Assembly: GCA_964574215.1 (NCBI GenBank)
Contig: CAZNLR010000025.1
Location: forward strand, 1,818-65,817
Direction: 5' to 3'
Length of the DNA: 64,000 nt
Source of the DNA: an uncultured Rhodospirillaceae bacterium
Lineage (GTDB): Bacteria > Pseudomonadota > Alphaproteobacteria > Rhodospirillales > UBA2165
In this document: positions 13,386 to 22,757 of the stretch, in pieces
Numbering within the stretch: the stretch's first letter is position 1
How the letters are laid out: every line of letters starts with the position of its first letter
The notes under the pieces: model-generated
What the model was told of the DNA's origin: nothing
Seen by the model: the letters and a program-made list of their open reading frames with translations, nothing else
Databases searched by the model: none
Position numbers and translations under genes: made by a program

Positions 13386-14165
13386 ATGCTGTTGGCCATC
13401 GATTCAGGAAACACCAATATTGTCTTCGCTATTTTTACCGATGAAGGTGACGTGGCGGGTGAGTGGCGGGCGGCCACGAATTCCAACCGCACGGCCGATG
13501 AATTCGGTGTCTGGCTCGGCCAGTTGATCGAGCGGGACGAAATCAAGCGGGAGGATATCAACGCCGCTATTATCGCCACCGTGGTTCCCGCCAATCTGAT
13601 CCACCTCCAGACCCTGTGCCGCAAGTATTTCGACTGCGAACCTTTGGTGGTGGGCGATCCGGAGATCGCTCTGGGTCTAGAAATACTTATCGACAATCCC
13701 AAAGAAGTCGGTGCGGACAGGTTGTGCAACGCGGTTGCTGCCCACGCTAATTTTAGCGGCCCTATACAAATTATCGATTTCGGAACGGCGACTTCCTTCG
13801 ATGTGGTTGACGCGGCCGGAAACTATTGCGGTGGCGTTATCGCGCCCGGCATCAATTTGGCTTTAGAGGCTCTGCATATGGGGGCGGCCCAACTCCCCCG
13901 CGTCGCCATCGAGAAACCGAAAAACGTCATCGGCAGTAGTACCGTATCGGCCATGCAATCTGGAATTTTCTGGGGATATGTCAGCATGATCGAAGGCATG
14001 ACCAAACGGATCGGTGAAGAGGTCGGCGGCGATATTACGACGGTGGCCACCGGGGGCTTGGCCGCCATGTTCGCCGAAGCCACGGATTCTATCGATCATT
14101 GGGAAAATGACCTGACCTTGAAAGGACTGCTGTCTATTTTCCGTTTGAATCAAAATCATGGCTAA
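13386..14165 (+). CDS. coaX: Type III pantothenate kinase
   Basis: LLAIDSGNTN, VGADR, DFGTA, GGVIAPG, VATGG. Confidence 0.93.
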   Translation: MLLAIDSGNTNIVFAIFTDEGDVAGEWRAATNSNRTADEFGVWLGQLIERDEIKREDINAAIIATVVPANLIHLQTLCRKYFDCEPLVVGDPEIALGLEILIDNPKEVGADRLCNAVAAHANFSGPIQIIDFGTATSFDVVDAAGNYCGGVIAPGINLALEALHMGAAQLPRVAIEKPKNVIGSSTVSAMQSGIFWGYVSMIEGMTKRIGEEVGGDITTVATGGLAAMFAEATDSIDHWENDLTLKGLLSIFRLNQNHG

Positions 14166-15846
14166 ATCCAAAGAAGCCGAACTCCTTTTCGTGCCCCTCG
14201 GCGGCGCGGAGGAGATCGGTATGAATTTCAATCTTTATGGCTATGGACCGCCCGGTGAAGAAGATTGGGTCATCATCGATCTCGGTATCACCTTCGGCGA
14301 CGATTCCACGCCCAGTATCGACGTAATTTTGCCCGATCCCACTTTTATCGAGGAACGTCTGGACCAACTGAAGGGCATTGTGCTTACCCATGGTCACGAG
14401 GACCATTTGGGGGCGGTGCCCTACCTGTGGTCCCGTCTCAGATGTCCGGTCTACGCCACGCCCTTTACCGCCGCCTTGTTGCGCAGCAAACTGCAAATGG
14501 ACGGCGACGCCCATGATATTGAAATTGTCGAAGTACCTTTGGAAGGCAAATTCGATGTCGGGCCCTTTTCAATGGAACTAATCACCCTGACCCATTCCAT
14601 GCCCGAACCAAATGCTATTGCCGTGCGCACCCCGCTGGGCACGATCTTTCATACCGGTGACTGGAAATTTGATCCCGACCCCGTTGTGGGCGATCCCACC
14701 GATGAGCCCGCATTAAAGGCGCTTGGCGAGGAGGGTGTACTGGCCGCCATCGGTGATTCCACCAATGTCTTCGTCGAGGGGACATCAGGATCGGAAGCAT
14801 CCCTTTTGGAACACCTGACCGACGTGATCGGCAACTGCACGGGCCGGGTGGCCGTTGCCTGTTTTGCTTCCAACGTGGCGCGGCTGAAAACCATTTTTGA
14901 CGCCGCCACCGCCAACGGCAGGGCGGTTGCCCTTGCCGGGCGGTCTCTGTGGCGGATCAACGCGGCGGCGCGGGAGACCGGCTATCTCACGGACTTGCCG
15001 CCCTTTCTGGAAGCGGAAGACGCCGAAGACATTCCCAAGGATCAAATCCTCTATATCTGTACCGGTAGCCAGGGGGAGCCTCGGGCGGCCCTTTCCCGGA
15101 TCGCATCCGGCGATCATCGCCACGTCAAATTGGGCGATGGCGACACGGTGATTTTTTCATCCCGCAAAATTCCCGGCAACGAACTGTCTATCGGCAGGTT
15201 GCAGAACAAGCTGGCCCAATCGGGCGTGGATGTCATTACCGAAGACCATGAGCACGTTCACGTCTCCGGTCACCCGGCGCGGGATGAACTGATCAAGATG
15301 TATCAACTGGTGCGGCCCAACATCGTAATTCCGGTGCATGGGGAGCCCATGCATATTAAACGGCACGCCGAACTGGCCAAAGAATGCCAAGTGCCGGAAA
15401 CCATCACCGTCTGCAACGGATCGGTCGTAAAGCTGGCGCCGGGCACGGCGCATATCGTTGACGACGCGCCGGTGGGCAGGCTGGCGCTCGACGGACCGCG
15501 CCTGACCGCCCTGGACAGTCAGGCTATCAAAGAACGGACCCGAGTGCTGTACAACGGCTCAGCGACCTTGACGCTCATCCTGGATGAGGAAGGTAATTTC
15601 GTTGCCGATCCCCAGTTGATCACCATGGGGTTGATAGACGATGAGGAGGCGCCACATCTGGAAATCGAAGTTCTCAATGCGGTAGAGGAGGCACTTTACA
15701 GTCTTTCCGACAAAGATATCGACGATGATGCGGTCGTGCAGGAGACCGCGCGGGTTGCCGTCCGCCGGGAGCTTCGGGAAAGCTTTCAGAAACGGCCGGT
15801 CACCAAAGTAAAAGTCGTTCGCGTCAACACCGGGGAACCGGCATGA
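14158..15846 (+). CDS. rnj: Ribonuclease J
   Basis: PLGGAEEIGMN, THGHEDHLG, TGDWK, TGSQGEP, HVSGH, PVHGE. Confidence 0.93.
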   Translation: MAKSKEAELLFVPLGGAEEIGMNFNLYGYGPPGEEDWVIIDLGITFGDDSTPSIDVILPDPTFIEERLDQLKGIVLTHGHEDHLGAVPYLWSRLRCPVYATPFTAALLRSKLQMDGDAHDIEIVEVPLEGKFDVGPFSMELITLTHSMPEPNAIAVRTPLGTIFHTGDWKFDPDPVVGDPTDEPALKALGEEGVLAAIGDSTNVFVEGTSGSEASLLEHLTDVIGNCTGRVAVACFASNVARLKTIFDAATANGRAVALAGRSLWRINAAARETGYLTDLPPFLEAEDAEDIPKDQILYICTGSQGEPRAALSRIASGDHRHVKLGDGDTVIFSSRKIPGNELSIGRLQNKLAQSGVDVITEDHEHVHVSGHPARDELIKMYQLVRPNIVIPVHGEPMHIKRHAELAKECQVPETITVCNGSVVKLAPGTAHIVDDAPVGRLALDGPRLTALDSQAIKERTRVLYNGSATLTLILDEEGNFVADPQLITMGLIDDEEAPHLEIEVLNAVEEALYSLSDKDIDDDAVVQETARVAVRRELRESFQKRPVTKVKVVRVNTGEPA

Positions 15847-16088
15847 GTTGGATTACCGGCAGTGCAATTTATTTCATCATTTGGTGGCTGACGCTATTTA
15901 TGGTGCTGCCCTGGGGAGTGCAGCGCCATCAGGGCGCCGGTGAAGGTCACGATGCCGGCGCACCGGAAAAGTCGCGAATTCTGCTCAAAATGGCGATCAA
16001 CACGGTGGTGGCGTTTGGCTTCTGGCTGATTGTCTATTTTATTGATCAATACGATCTCATTACCTTCAGGGATTTCAAGGAGGGCTGA
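15843..16088 (+). CDS. DUF1467-like small membrane protein
   Basis: YFIIWWLTLFMVLPWGV...GAP signature; usual position after rnj in alphaproteobacteria. Confidence 0.8.
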   Translation: MSWITGSAIYFIIWWLTLFMVLPWGVQRHQGAGEGHDAGAPEKSRILLKMAINTVVAFGFWLIVYFIDQYDLITFRDFKEG

Positions 16089-16089
16089 T

Positions 16090-16629
16090 TTGTCCAGTTA
16101 CTGCCAAGCTTCGGACGGCCATCCCATCCATGGACCCTATCACGATACGGTGCATGGCTATCCCACCAAAGACGAAGCGGATTTGCTGGAGCGTCTGACC
16201 ATGGAAATCAATCAGGCGGGCCTCTCCTGGCTGACCATTTTGAAAAAACGTGACGGGCTGCAAAAAGCCTTCGCAAGTTTCGACGTGGACAAGGTCGCCG
16301 CCTTTAACGAAAAGGATTTTAACCGGTTGATGAATGACGCCGGCATTATTCGCAACCGCCTGAAAATCAGAGCGGTCATTCACAACGCGCAAGTCATTCA
16401 GGGTATGCGAGACAGCCACGGTGGCTTCGCCGCCTGGATCGACGCCCACCACCCACTGCCGAAAGAAGAATGGGTCAAGCTGTTCAAAAAGACCTTCAAA
16501 TTCACCGGCGGCGAAATCGTCGGAGAATTCCTCATGAGCACGGGTTACCTTCCTGGTGCTCATGACAAAGATTGCCCGGTCTATAAAAAAATCGCCAAGA
16601 TGAAACCGGCATGGATGAAGGCCTCCTAA
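16090..16629 (+). CDS. tag: DNA-3-methyladenine glycosylase I
   Basis: YHDTVHG, EINQAGLSWLTILKKR, IIRNRLKI, GAHDKDC; TTG start after AAGGAGG. Confidence 0.88.
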   Translation: MSSYCQASDGHPIHGPYHDTVHGYPTKDEADLLERLTMEINQAGLSWLTILKKRDGLQKAFASFDVDKVAAFNEKDFNRLMNDAGIIRNRLKIRAVIHNAQVIQGMRDSHGGFAAWIDAHHPLPKEEWVKLFKKTFKFTGGEIVGEFLMSTGYLPGAHDKDCPVYKKIAKMKPAWMKAS

Positions 16630-16761
16630 GTACCCGATTACGGTTACCTAAAAACAACCCGACAAAAATCATTGCTATTAATTAGTAATATCTAATATAG
16701 TGATCATTAGGGTTTTCTAATATTAAATTAGGCGAATAAATATAGGGAATGGGAGACTTGC

Positions 16762-17196
16762 ATGCTGATCGATGATTTAGCGTTAAAGAACACCGGCGAT
16801 TTAGCCGTTATCGGTCCAGACGATAAAATATCGAAAGCGACCAACGTGTTGAACGGGCTGAATATTGGGGCTCTGCCCGTATGTAACTCGTCCGGCGAAA
16901 TCGTCGGTATTTTATCGGAGCGGGATATTGTGCGAGGCATGTCGGACAACGGCTCCGAACTTCAGGATTTGGACGTTTCCGATTTAATGACGACCGAGGT
17001 CGTCACGTGCGGCCCGACCGATGACGTTGGTGATGTCATGGCAATCATGGACGATCGACGTATTCGCCATATACCGGTGGTAAAGGACGACAACCTTGTT
17101 TCGATCGTCAGTTCCCGTGATGTCATGTCGGCGGTATTGGATGAGACAAAAACTCATTTTAAAAATATGGGGCTGGCTTACGAAATGGTCCGCTGA
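16762..17196 (+). CDS. Tandem CBS-domain protein
   Basis: IGALPV..GILSERD and IRHIPV..SIVSSRD CBS motifs; GGGAG RBS. Confidence 0.88.
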   Translation: MLIDDLALKNTGDLAVIGPDDKISKATNVLNGLNIGALPVCNSSGEIVGILSERDIVRGMSDNGSELQDLDVSDLMTTEVVTCGPTDDVGDVMAIMDDRRIRHIPVVKDDNLVSIVSSRDVMSAVLDETKTHFKNMGLAYEMVR

Positions 17197-17220
17197 GATG
17201 TCGAAAATTAGCACTTAAAT

Positions 17221-17991
17221 TCATTCGGTGGTTTGATCCCATTTTCGCAAGATCGGCGGGCTAGGTGAAACGTGACAACCCTTTAAGCTGCGTAGATTTT
17301 TTTCGATGGCACGTATATCTTCGCTTGCCGTTTGAATAATCGGTCTATTTTCCAAACCTTTTGAAGAATTACTTTTAAGACGTAAATTGCGGTGGTGGAG
17401 GAGTACATCGGGTTGTACGGAAGTTAATTGCGAAAGAACATCGGCCCACTTGGTTTCATTTGTATCGATCAATTCTTCAAAGCTAATGGCACACCCGCCG
17501 TATACATCAAGCATCAAAAGTGAATTTTCATAGATTCGACGGTAGTACTCCGTAAATTGTCCAGAATCCATGCCGCGTAAAACAAAAAAACTTCTGGCTG
17601 TTGCTGCAAAATCCCGGAACGATACGATAATCCGAGGGCTATAACCCATTTTCATTAGATGCCATATCCATAGGTCAATATTGTCTGATTTTGCGTAAGT
17701 AATTTTGTCGAGAACTTGTCGCGCCCGCTTTTTTCCAAGGCTACGGCGTATGTCCATAATATATTTGGCTAACAGGTTCGAGCGTCTTTTGGGTTGCAAA
17801 TACGCCGCACGCCGAAATTGGCGACTTACATAATTTATATCCGGGTGTTCCAATGCGCCGCTATCCTGCTTCCAATCGGAAGGTTTCGGCAAACCGAAAT
17901 CGGCGCCGGCATCTGAAAGGATGGCTGCTAAAAGAGACGACCCGCATCTGCCGGTGCTGACGATAAAGTAACGAACCAACTCCTTGTTCAC
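17221..17991 (-). CDS. Sulfotransferase-like protein
   Basis: N-terminal STGRCGSSLL resembles the 5'-phosphosulfate-binding loop; RDFAATARS resembles the 3'-phosphate R-x7-S motif; AT-richer than flanks. Confidence 0.6.
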   Translation of the reverse strand: MNKELVRYFIVSTGRCGSSLLAAILSDAGADFGLPKPSDWKQDSGALEHPDINYVSRQFRRAAYLQPKRRSNLLAKYIMDIRRSLGKKRARQVLDKITYAKSDNIDLWIWHLMKMGYSPRIIVSFRDFAATARSFFVLRGMDSGQFTEYYRRIYENSLLMLDVYGGCAISFEELIDTNETKWADVLSQLTSVQPDVLLHHRNLRLKSNSSKGLENRPIIQTASEDIRAIEKNLRSLKGCHVSPSPPILRKWDQTTE

Positions 17992-18166
17992 GGGGCAAAA
18001 TTCTCCAAAATCAATGATAATTAGCTTCGGGACTAAAATTATATAAGCGGTTGATAAGATTAAAGCGATACAAGAGTTTAATTAAATTAAGCTCATCAAA
18101 GTATATGTTCGGTTAAATGAATCGTAATTTCTATGGTTTAAATATCTCCAATTGGAGACGGAAATT

Positions 18167-19168
18167 ATGAAGATACGTGCTTTTCGTTTTGGCGCCAGTG
18201 TTTTGGTATGTTTTGCGGCAATTTTCACCGCCGATGTGGCCAATGCCGGTCCCAAGGTGACCATGACCAAGCGGGATTGCCAGCGGTTGGTGCGGCATCA
18301 GGCGCGGGACGATGTCGCCTTCAAACCGGGCGTTGATGTGCGCGGTAAAAAAGTGAAATCTGCCGATTTACACGGAAGGCCGAAACTGAAAATCCCGGAT
18401 ATCATTACCTTCGACGTCAAATTTGATATCAAGCAGTTTTTAGGCAAGCCGGAAGCCGACGCCAAGGCCGCCGCTACGGCCGCGATTTCGGCGGACAAGG
18501 CAAAATCGGCGGCGTCTACGGCTTCATCTGCGGCGACCTCGGCAGAGGCCGCGGCCACGGCGGCGCAAACCGTTGCCGATACGGCCAAAGCAACCAGTGA
18601 CGCAGCGACGGCGGCCTACACTGTGGCGCAAACAGCTAAGGACAATGACCCCACCAATCAAACACTGATTGATGCGTTAAATTCTGCCGAAACAACTGCT
18701 GAAACAGCGCTATCCGCATACACGTCTGCCCAGACCGATGCGGATGCAATTTCCGCCTCGGCGGTTTCCGCCCGTTCAGCGGCGACCTTGGCAGCCAACG
18801 CAGCCAGCGCGGAAAGCAAGGCAACCTATGCACAGCAGGCGGCGGATGCGGCGTCGACCGCGGCGTCCACGGCCCAAACCTCCGCCGGATCGGACGCCGC
18901 CAAGGCAGCTTTGTTGACGGCCGGAAACACGGCGGCGACCGACGCCACGACGGCGTCGACGGCGGCGACGGTATCCTCAACCGCCAACACAGACAACATT
19001 GCCGCCTATCAAGCGGCGGCGAAAGTCGGTGACAACTTGGGTGATGGCGTGATCGGCAAAGTCAAATACAGCATTTCCTCCGGCAGGCTCACCTTCAACG
19101 GGCAACCGTTGGACGGCAGCGATGAAAAAGAGCTCGCCCGCCAGTGCAAGGCCATTCTAAATCAATGA
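18167..19168 (+). CDS. Secreted hypothetical protein with long Ala/Thr/Ser-rich insert
   Basis: GGAG RBS; signal-peptide-like N-terminus ending VANA; mixed-composition ends (CQRLVRH..PGVDVRG..ADL; GRLTFNGQPL..QC) around a low-complexity middle. Confidence 0.8.
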   Translation: MKIRAFRFGASVLVCFAAIFTADVANAGPKVTMTKRDCQRLVRHQARDDVAFKPGVDVRGKKVKSADLHGRPKLKIPDIITFDVKFDIKQFLGKPEADAKAAATAAISADKAKSAASTASSAATSAEAAATAAQTVADTAKATSDAATAAYTVAQTAKDNDPTNQTLIDALNSAETTAETALSAYTSAQTDADAISASAVSARSAATLAANAASAESKATYAQQAADAASTAASTAQTSAGSDAAKAALLTAGNTAATDATTASTAATVSSTANTDNIAAYQAAAKVGDNLGDGVIGKVKYSISSGRLTFNGQPLDGSDEKELARQCKAILNQ

Positions 19169-19170
19169 GA

Positions 19171-19183
19171 TATCAACAGTTTG
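19171..19183 (+). promoter_or_regulatory. Candidate IHF site upstream of proS
   Basis: TATCAACAGTTTG matches WATCAANNNNTTR. Confidence 0.35.
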
Positions 19184-19250
19184 TTGGACAAAATGGCGGG
19201 CATTTTCTAAAGTCCCGCGACATTCACAAATTAGCTGAACAAGGTTAGCA

Positions 19251-20564
19251 ATGCGCCGGTCCGAATATTTTTTGCCTACATTGAAGGAAAATCCCAAAGA
19301 GGCGCAAATCGTCTCCCATACCTATATGCTGCGCGCCGGTATGATTCGGCAATCGTCAGCCGGTATATATTCCTGGCTACCGCTGGGTTTTAACGTCCTC
19401 AAAAAAATTGAACAGATTGTCCGGGAAGAGCAGGACCGGGCGGGCTGCCAGGAACTCCTGATGCCGACCATCCAACCCGCCGATATCTGGCAGGAAAGTG
19501 GCCGCTACGAAGACTACGGCAAGGAAATGCTCCGAATTACCGACCGCCATGACCGGGAGATGCTTTACGGGCCCACCAACGAGGAACTGATTACGGAAAT
19601 CTTCCGGGGGTCGGTCAAAAGCTACAAGGACCTGCCAAAATTGCTGTACCATATTCAGTGGAAATTCCGCGATGAGGTGCGGCCGCGCTTCGGCATCATG
19701 CGCGGACGTGAATTCCTGATGAAGGACAGCTATTCCTTCGATCTCGATTTCGATGGCGCCAAACGGGCCTACAACAAAATGTTTATCGCCTATCTGCGGA
19801 CCTTCGCCCGTATGGGGTTGAAGGCGATTCCCATGCAAGCGGACTCCGGACCCATCGGCGGCGATATGAGCCATGAATTCCTGGTGCTGGCGGAAACCGG
19901 TGAATCTGAAATGTTCTGCCACAAGGATATTCTGGACTTCGATATTCCCGGCGACGATGTCGACTACAATGACGATCTGCAGCCGCTGGTCGATAAATGG
20001 ACGTCCTTGTATGCGGCGACGGATGAAAAGGCCGACCAAAGCCAGCACGACGCTTTGGGTGACAAGCTGGTGACGGCGCGCGGTATCGAAGTCGGTCACA
20101 TATTTTATTTTGGCAAAAAGTATTCGGAATCCATGAACGCCGTGGTGAACGGACCCGATGGTGAAAACGTAACCGTCGAGATGGGGTCGTACGGTATTGG
20201 CGTTTCGCGTTTGGTGGGGGCGATCATCGAAGCATCCCACGACGATGACGGCATCATCTGGCCGGAAGAAGTGGCGCCCTTCAAAGTCGGGCTCATCAAT
20301 CTCAGGAGCGGCGACGATGACTGCGACCAGGCTTGCGAGGACATTTACACCAAACTGCAAGGCGCCGGCGTTGAGGTTCTCTACGACGACCGGGACGAAC
20401 GGGCGGGCGGCAAGTTCGCCGATATGGATTTGATCGGTCTGCCCTGGCAGCTGATCGTCGGTCCGCGCGGTCTCAAGAACGGGGTCATCGAAATCAAACA
20501 CCGGGCGAGCGGTGAGCGAGAAGAGCTTTCCGTCGAAGCGGCGCTCGCCAAACTGACCGGGTAG
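19251..20564 (+). CDS. proS: Proline--tRNA ligase (short form lacking the INS editing domain)
   Basis: [49 protein letters not shown]; 437 aa. Confidence 0.96.
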   Translation: MRRSEYFLPTLKENPKEAQIVSHTYMLRAGMIRQSSAGIYSWLPLGFNVLKKIEQIVREEQDRAGCQELLMPTIQPADIWQESGRYEDYGKEMLRITDRHDREMLYGPTNEELITEIFRGSVKSYKDLPKLLYHIQWKFRDEVRPRFGIMRGREFLMKDSYSFDLDFDGAKRAYNKMFIAYLRTFARMGLKAIPMQADSGPIGGDMSHEFLVLAETGESEMFCHKDILDFDIPGDDVDYNDDLQPLVDKWTSLYAATDEKADQSQHDALGDKLVTARGIEVGHIFYFGKKYSESMNAVVNGPDGENVTVEMGSYGIGVSRLVGAIIEASHDDDGIIWPEEVAPFKVGLINLRSGDDDCDQACEDIYTKLQGAGVEVLYDDRDERAGGKFADMDLIGLPWQLIVGPRGLKNGVIEIKHRASGEREELSVEAALAKLTG

Positions 20565-20572
20565 GCGGTTTC

Positions 20573-21817
20573 ATGTTTAAAGCCTTCGAATGGATGGTGG
20601 CGATGCGTTATCTGCGCGCCCGCCGCCAGGAAGGCTTTATTTCGGTCATCGCCTGGTTTTCCTTGCTGGGCATCATGCTGGGGGTGGCGACGCTGATCAT
20701 CGTCATGTCGGTGATGAACGGCTTCCGCCAGGAACTGCTGACCCGTATCCTGGGCGTCAACGGCCATCTCAGCATCTATAGCGAGTCTCATATCCTGAAG
20801 GATTACGACAAACTGGCATCGAAGGTGAAATCTGCCAACGGGGTCGTGAAGGTGACGCCAATCATCGAAGGTCAAGTCATGGCGAGCGCCAACGGCCAAG
20901 CGACCGGCGCCATGGTGCGCGGCATGCGCCAAATCGATATCAAACGCCGGGCTATCCTGGCGGACAACATAAAAATTGGCAGTCTCGACGACTTCAAAGG
21001 GTCCGACCGGGTGCTCATCGGTAAACGGCTGGCCCGAAATCTCGATTTGGGGGTTGGCGACAGGATTACACTGATTTCTCCCAAAGGAAATGTGACGGCC
21101 TTCGGCACCGTGCCCCGCATGAAGGCGTATCGCGTCGCCGCCGTTTTCGACGTCGGCATGCACGAATACGATTCAAGCTTTATTTTCATGCCTTTGCCGG
21201 CGGCCCAGAAATATTTCAAACTGCCAAAAGCCGTAAACTATCTGGACGTGGTGATTGACCATCCGGACAAAGCGCGGCAACGGGGAAGAGAGGTCTGGCG
21301 GAAGATCGGCCACAAGGGCCGCATTTACGATTGGCAACAGACCAATTCCAGTTTCTTCAACGCCATTCAGGTGGAACGCAACGTCATGTTCCTGATCCTG
21401 ACCCTGATTATCGTCGTTGCCGCCTTCAACATCATATCCAGCCTGATCATGCTGGTGAAGGATAAGGGCAGGGATATCGCCATCCTGCGCACCATGGGCG
21501 CGACAAGAGGTATGATCATGCGGGTTTTCCTGATCAGTGGCGCCAGTGTGGGCGTTATCGGTACGTTGGCGGGATTTGCGTTGGGTTTGGCCTTTGCCGA
21601 AAACATCGAGACCATTCGCCAATGGATACAAGGACTGACCGGCACCGATTTGTTCGCCGCCGAAATTTATTTCCTGTCGCAGTTACCGGCGGTCGTCGAC
21701 CCGACCGAGGTTACGTATGTTGTAATGATGGGGTTGGGGCTTTCATTCCTGGCGACCATTTATCCTTCGTGGCGGGCCGCCCGGCTCGACCCGGTTGAGG
21801 CGCTTAGATATGAATAG
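20573..21817 (+). CDS. lolE: Lipoprotein-releasing ABC transporter permease (LolC/E family)
   Basis: [41 protein letters not shown]. Confidence 0.9.
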   Translation: MFKAFEWMVAMRYLRARRQEGFISVIAWFSLLGIMLGVATLIIVMSVMNGFRQELLTRILGVNGHLSIYSESHILKDYDKLASKVKSANGVVKVTPIIEGQVMASANGQATGAMVRGMRQIDIKRRAILADNIKIGSLDDFKGSDRVLIGKRLARNLDLGVGDRITLISPKGNVTAFGTVPRMKAYRVAAVFDVGMHEYDSSFIFMPLPAAQKYFKLPKAVNYLDVVIDHPDKARQRGREVWRKIGHKGRIYDWQQTNSSFFNAIQVERNVMFLILTLIIVVAAFNIISSLIMLVKDKGRDIAILRTMGATRGMIMRVFLISGASVGVIGTLAGFALGLAFAENIETIRQWIQGLTGTDLFAAEIYFLSQLPAVVDPTEVTYVVMMGLGLSFLATIYPSWRAARLDPVEALRYE

Positions 21818-21825
21818 GGTGGGCT

Positions 21826-22506
21826 ATGAGTGAGGTCATCCTAGAACTGCAAGGGATTACCCAGACTTTTCACCAGGGCGAAACGCCGTTGGAAGTCCTT
21901 CGAGGTGCTGACTTGAAAGTTCATGCCGGTGAAATCGTCGCTTTGGTAGGACCGTCCGGATCCGGTAAATCGACGTTACTCCAAATTACCGGTCTTTTGG
22001 AAAAGCCCGAAAGCGGCGAAGTGGTTATCAAGGGACAGGGCGCGACCAATCTCCGCGATGACGCCCGCACCATGATCCGGCGGAAGGAACTCGGTTTCGT
22101 CTACCAGTATCATCATTTGCTGGCCGAATTCTCCGCCAGGGAAAACATTATTATGCCGCAGATGATCGCCGGTATGGCGAAATCCGCCGCCGGAAAAAAG
22201 GCCGATGAATTGTTGGCCGCCATGGGATTAAGCGACCGCGCCAGCCACCGTCCGGCAAGGCTTTCCGGCGGCGAGCAGCAACGGGTGGCCATTGCCCGCG
22301 CTCTTGCCAATGCGCCCGGTCTTTTGCTGGCCGACGAGCCGACTGGAAACCTCGATCCGGCAACCGCCGACGGCGTCTTTCAAATTCTGACAAAACTGGT
22401 CAAAGAATCCGGCGTTTGCGGCCTCATCGCCACCCATAACTCCGACCTCGCCGACCGCATGGACCGGATCGTCCGGCTGGAAGAGGGGCGGTTGGTTGCG
22501 GCATAG
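21826..22506 (+). CDS. lolD: Lipoprotein-releasing ABC transporter ATP-binding protein
   Basis: [35 protein letters not shown]. Confidence 0.92.
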   Translation: MSEVILELQGITQTFHQGETPLEVLRGADLKVHAGEIVALVGPSGSGKSTLLQITGLLEKPESGEVVIKGQGATNLRDDARTMIRRKELGFVYQYHHLLAEFSARENIIMPQMIAGMAKSAAGKKADELLAAMGLSDRASHRPARLSGGEQQRVAIARALANAPGLLLADEPTGNLDPATADGVFQILTKLVKESGVCGLIATHNSDLADRMDRIVRLEEGRLVAA

Positions 22507-22517
22507 TCGGCCGACAG

Positions 22518-22659
22518 ATGGATACGCGGGTCAAGCCCGCTTATGACGGGAAATTTTTTAGATAACATCTTGGCTTAAGAAAAACTGCCTCTACCCTCTC
22601 CATACCCAAATAACCGATAACGATATTACGTCATGCGCGGGCTTGACCCACGTATCCAT
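22518..22659. repeat. Inverted pair of ~30-bp REP-like palindromic elements
   Basis: 22518-22547 ATGGATACGCGGGTCAAGCCCGCTTATGAC is the reverse complement (27/30) of 22630-22659 GTCATGCGCGGGCTTGACCCACGTATCCAT. Confidence 0.8.
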
Positions 22660-22699
22660 TGCCGAACCGCTGGGTCAAACTGGCGCTGTTCAAATATCT

Positions 22700-22708
22700 T
22701 GTGGATAA
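22700..22708 (-). promoter_or_regulatory. DnaA box upstream of dnaE
   Basis: TGTGGATAA equals consensus TTATCCACA on the minus strand, ~50 bp before the dnaE ATG. Confidence 0.55.
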
Positions 22709-22757
22709 GTCAGTACTGACTGGTGACAGCGGCGTGGGAATCTGAAATCCTGCAAAA

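Noticed and set aside
18075-18095. TTAA runs as a CtrA box
   Set aside because: Spacing does not fit TTAA-N7-TTAA.
19377-20501. 374-aa antisense ORF over proS, and similar long antisense ORFs over nuoG, nuoM, lolE, dnaE and ppiD
   Set aside because: Shadow frames caused by GC-rich codon bias; no motifs.
22518-22659. Possible CRISPR mini-array
   Set aside because: Only two units, inverted rather than direct, and no cas genes.
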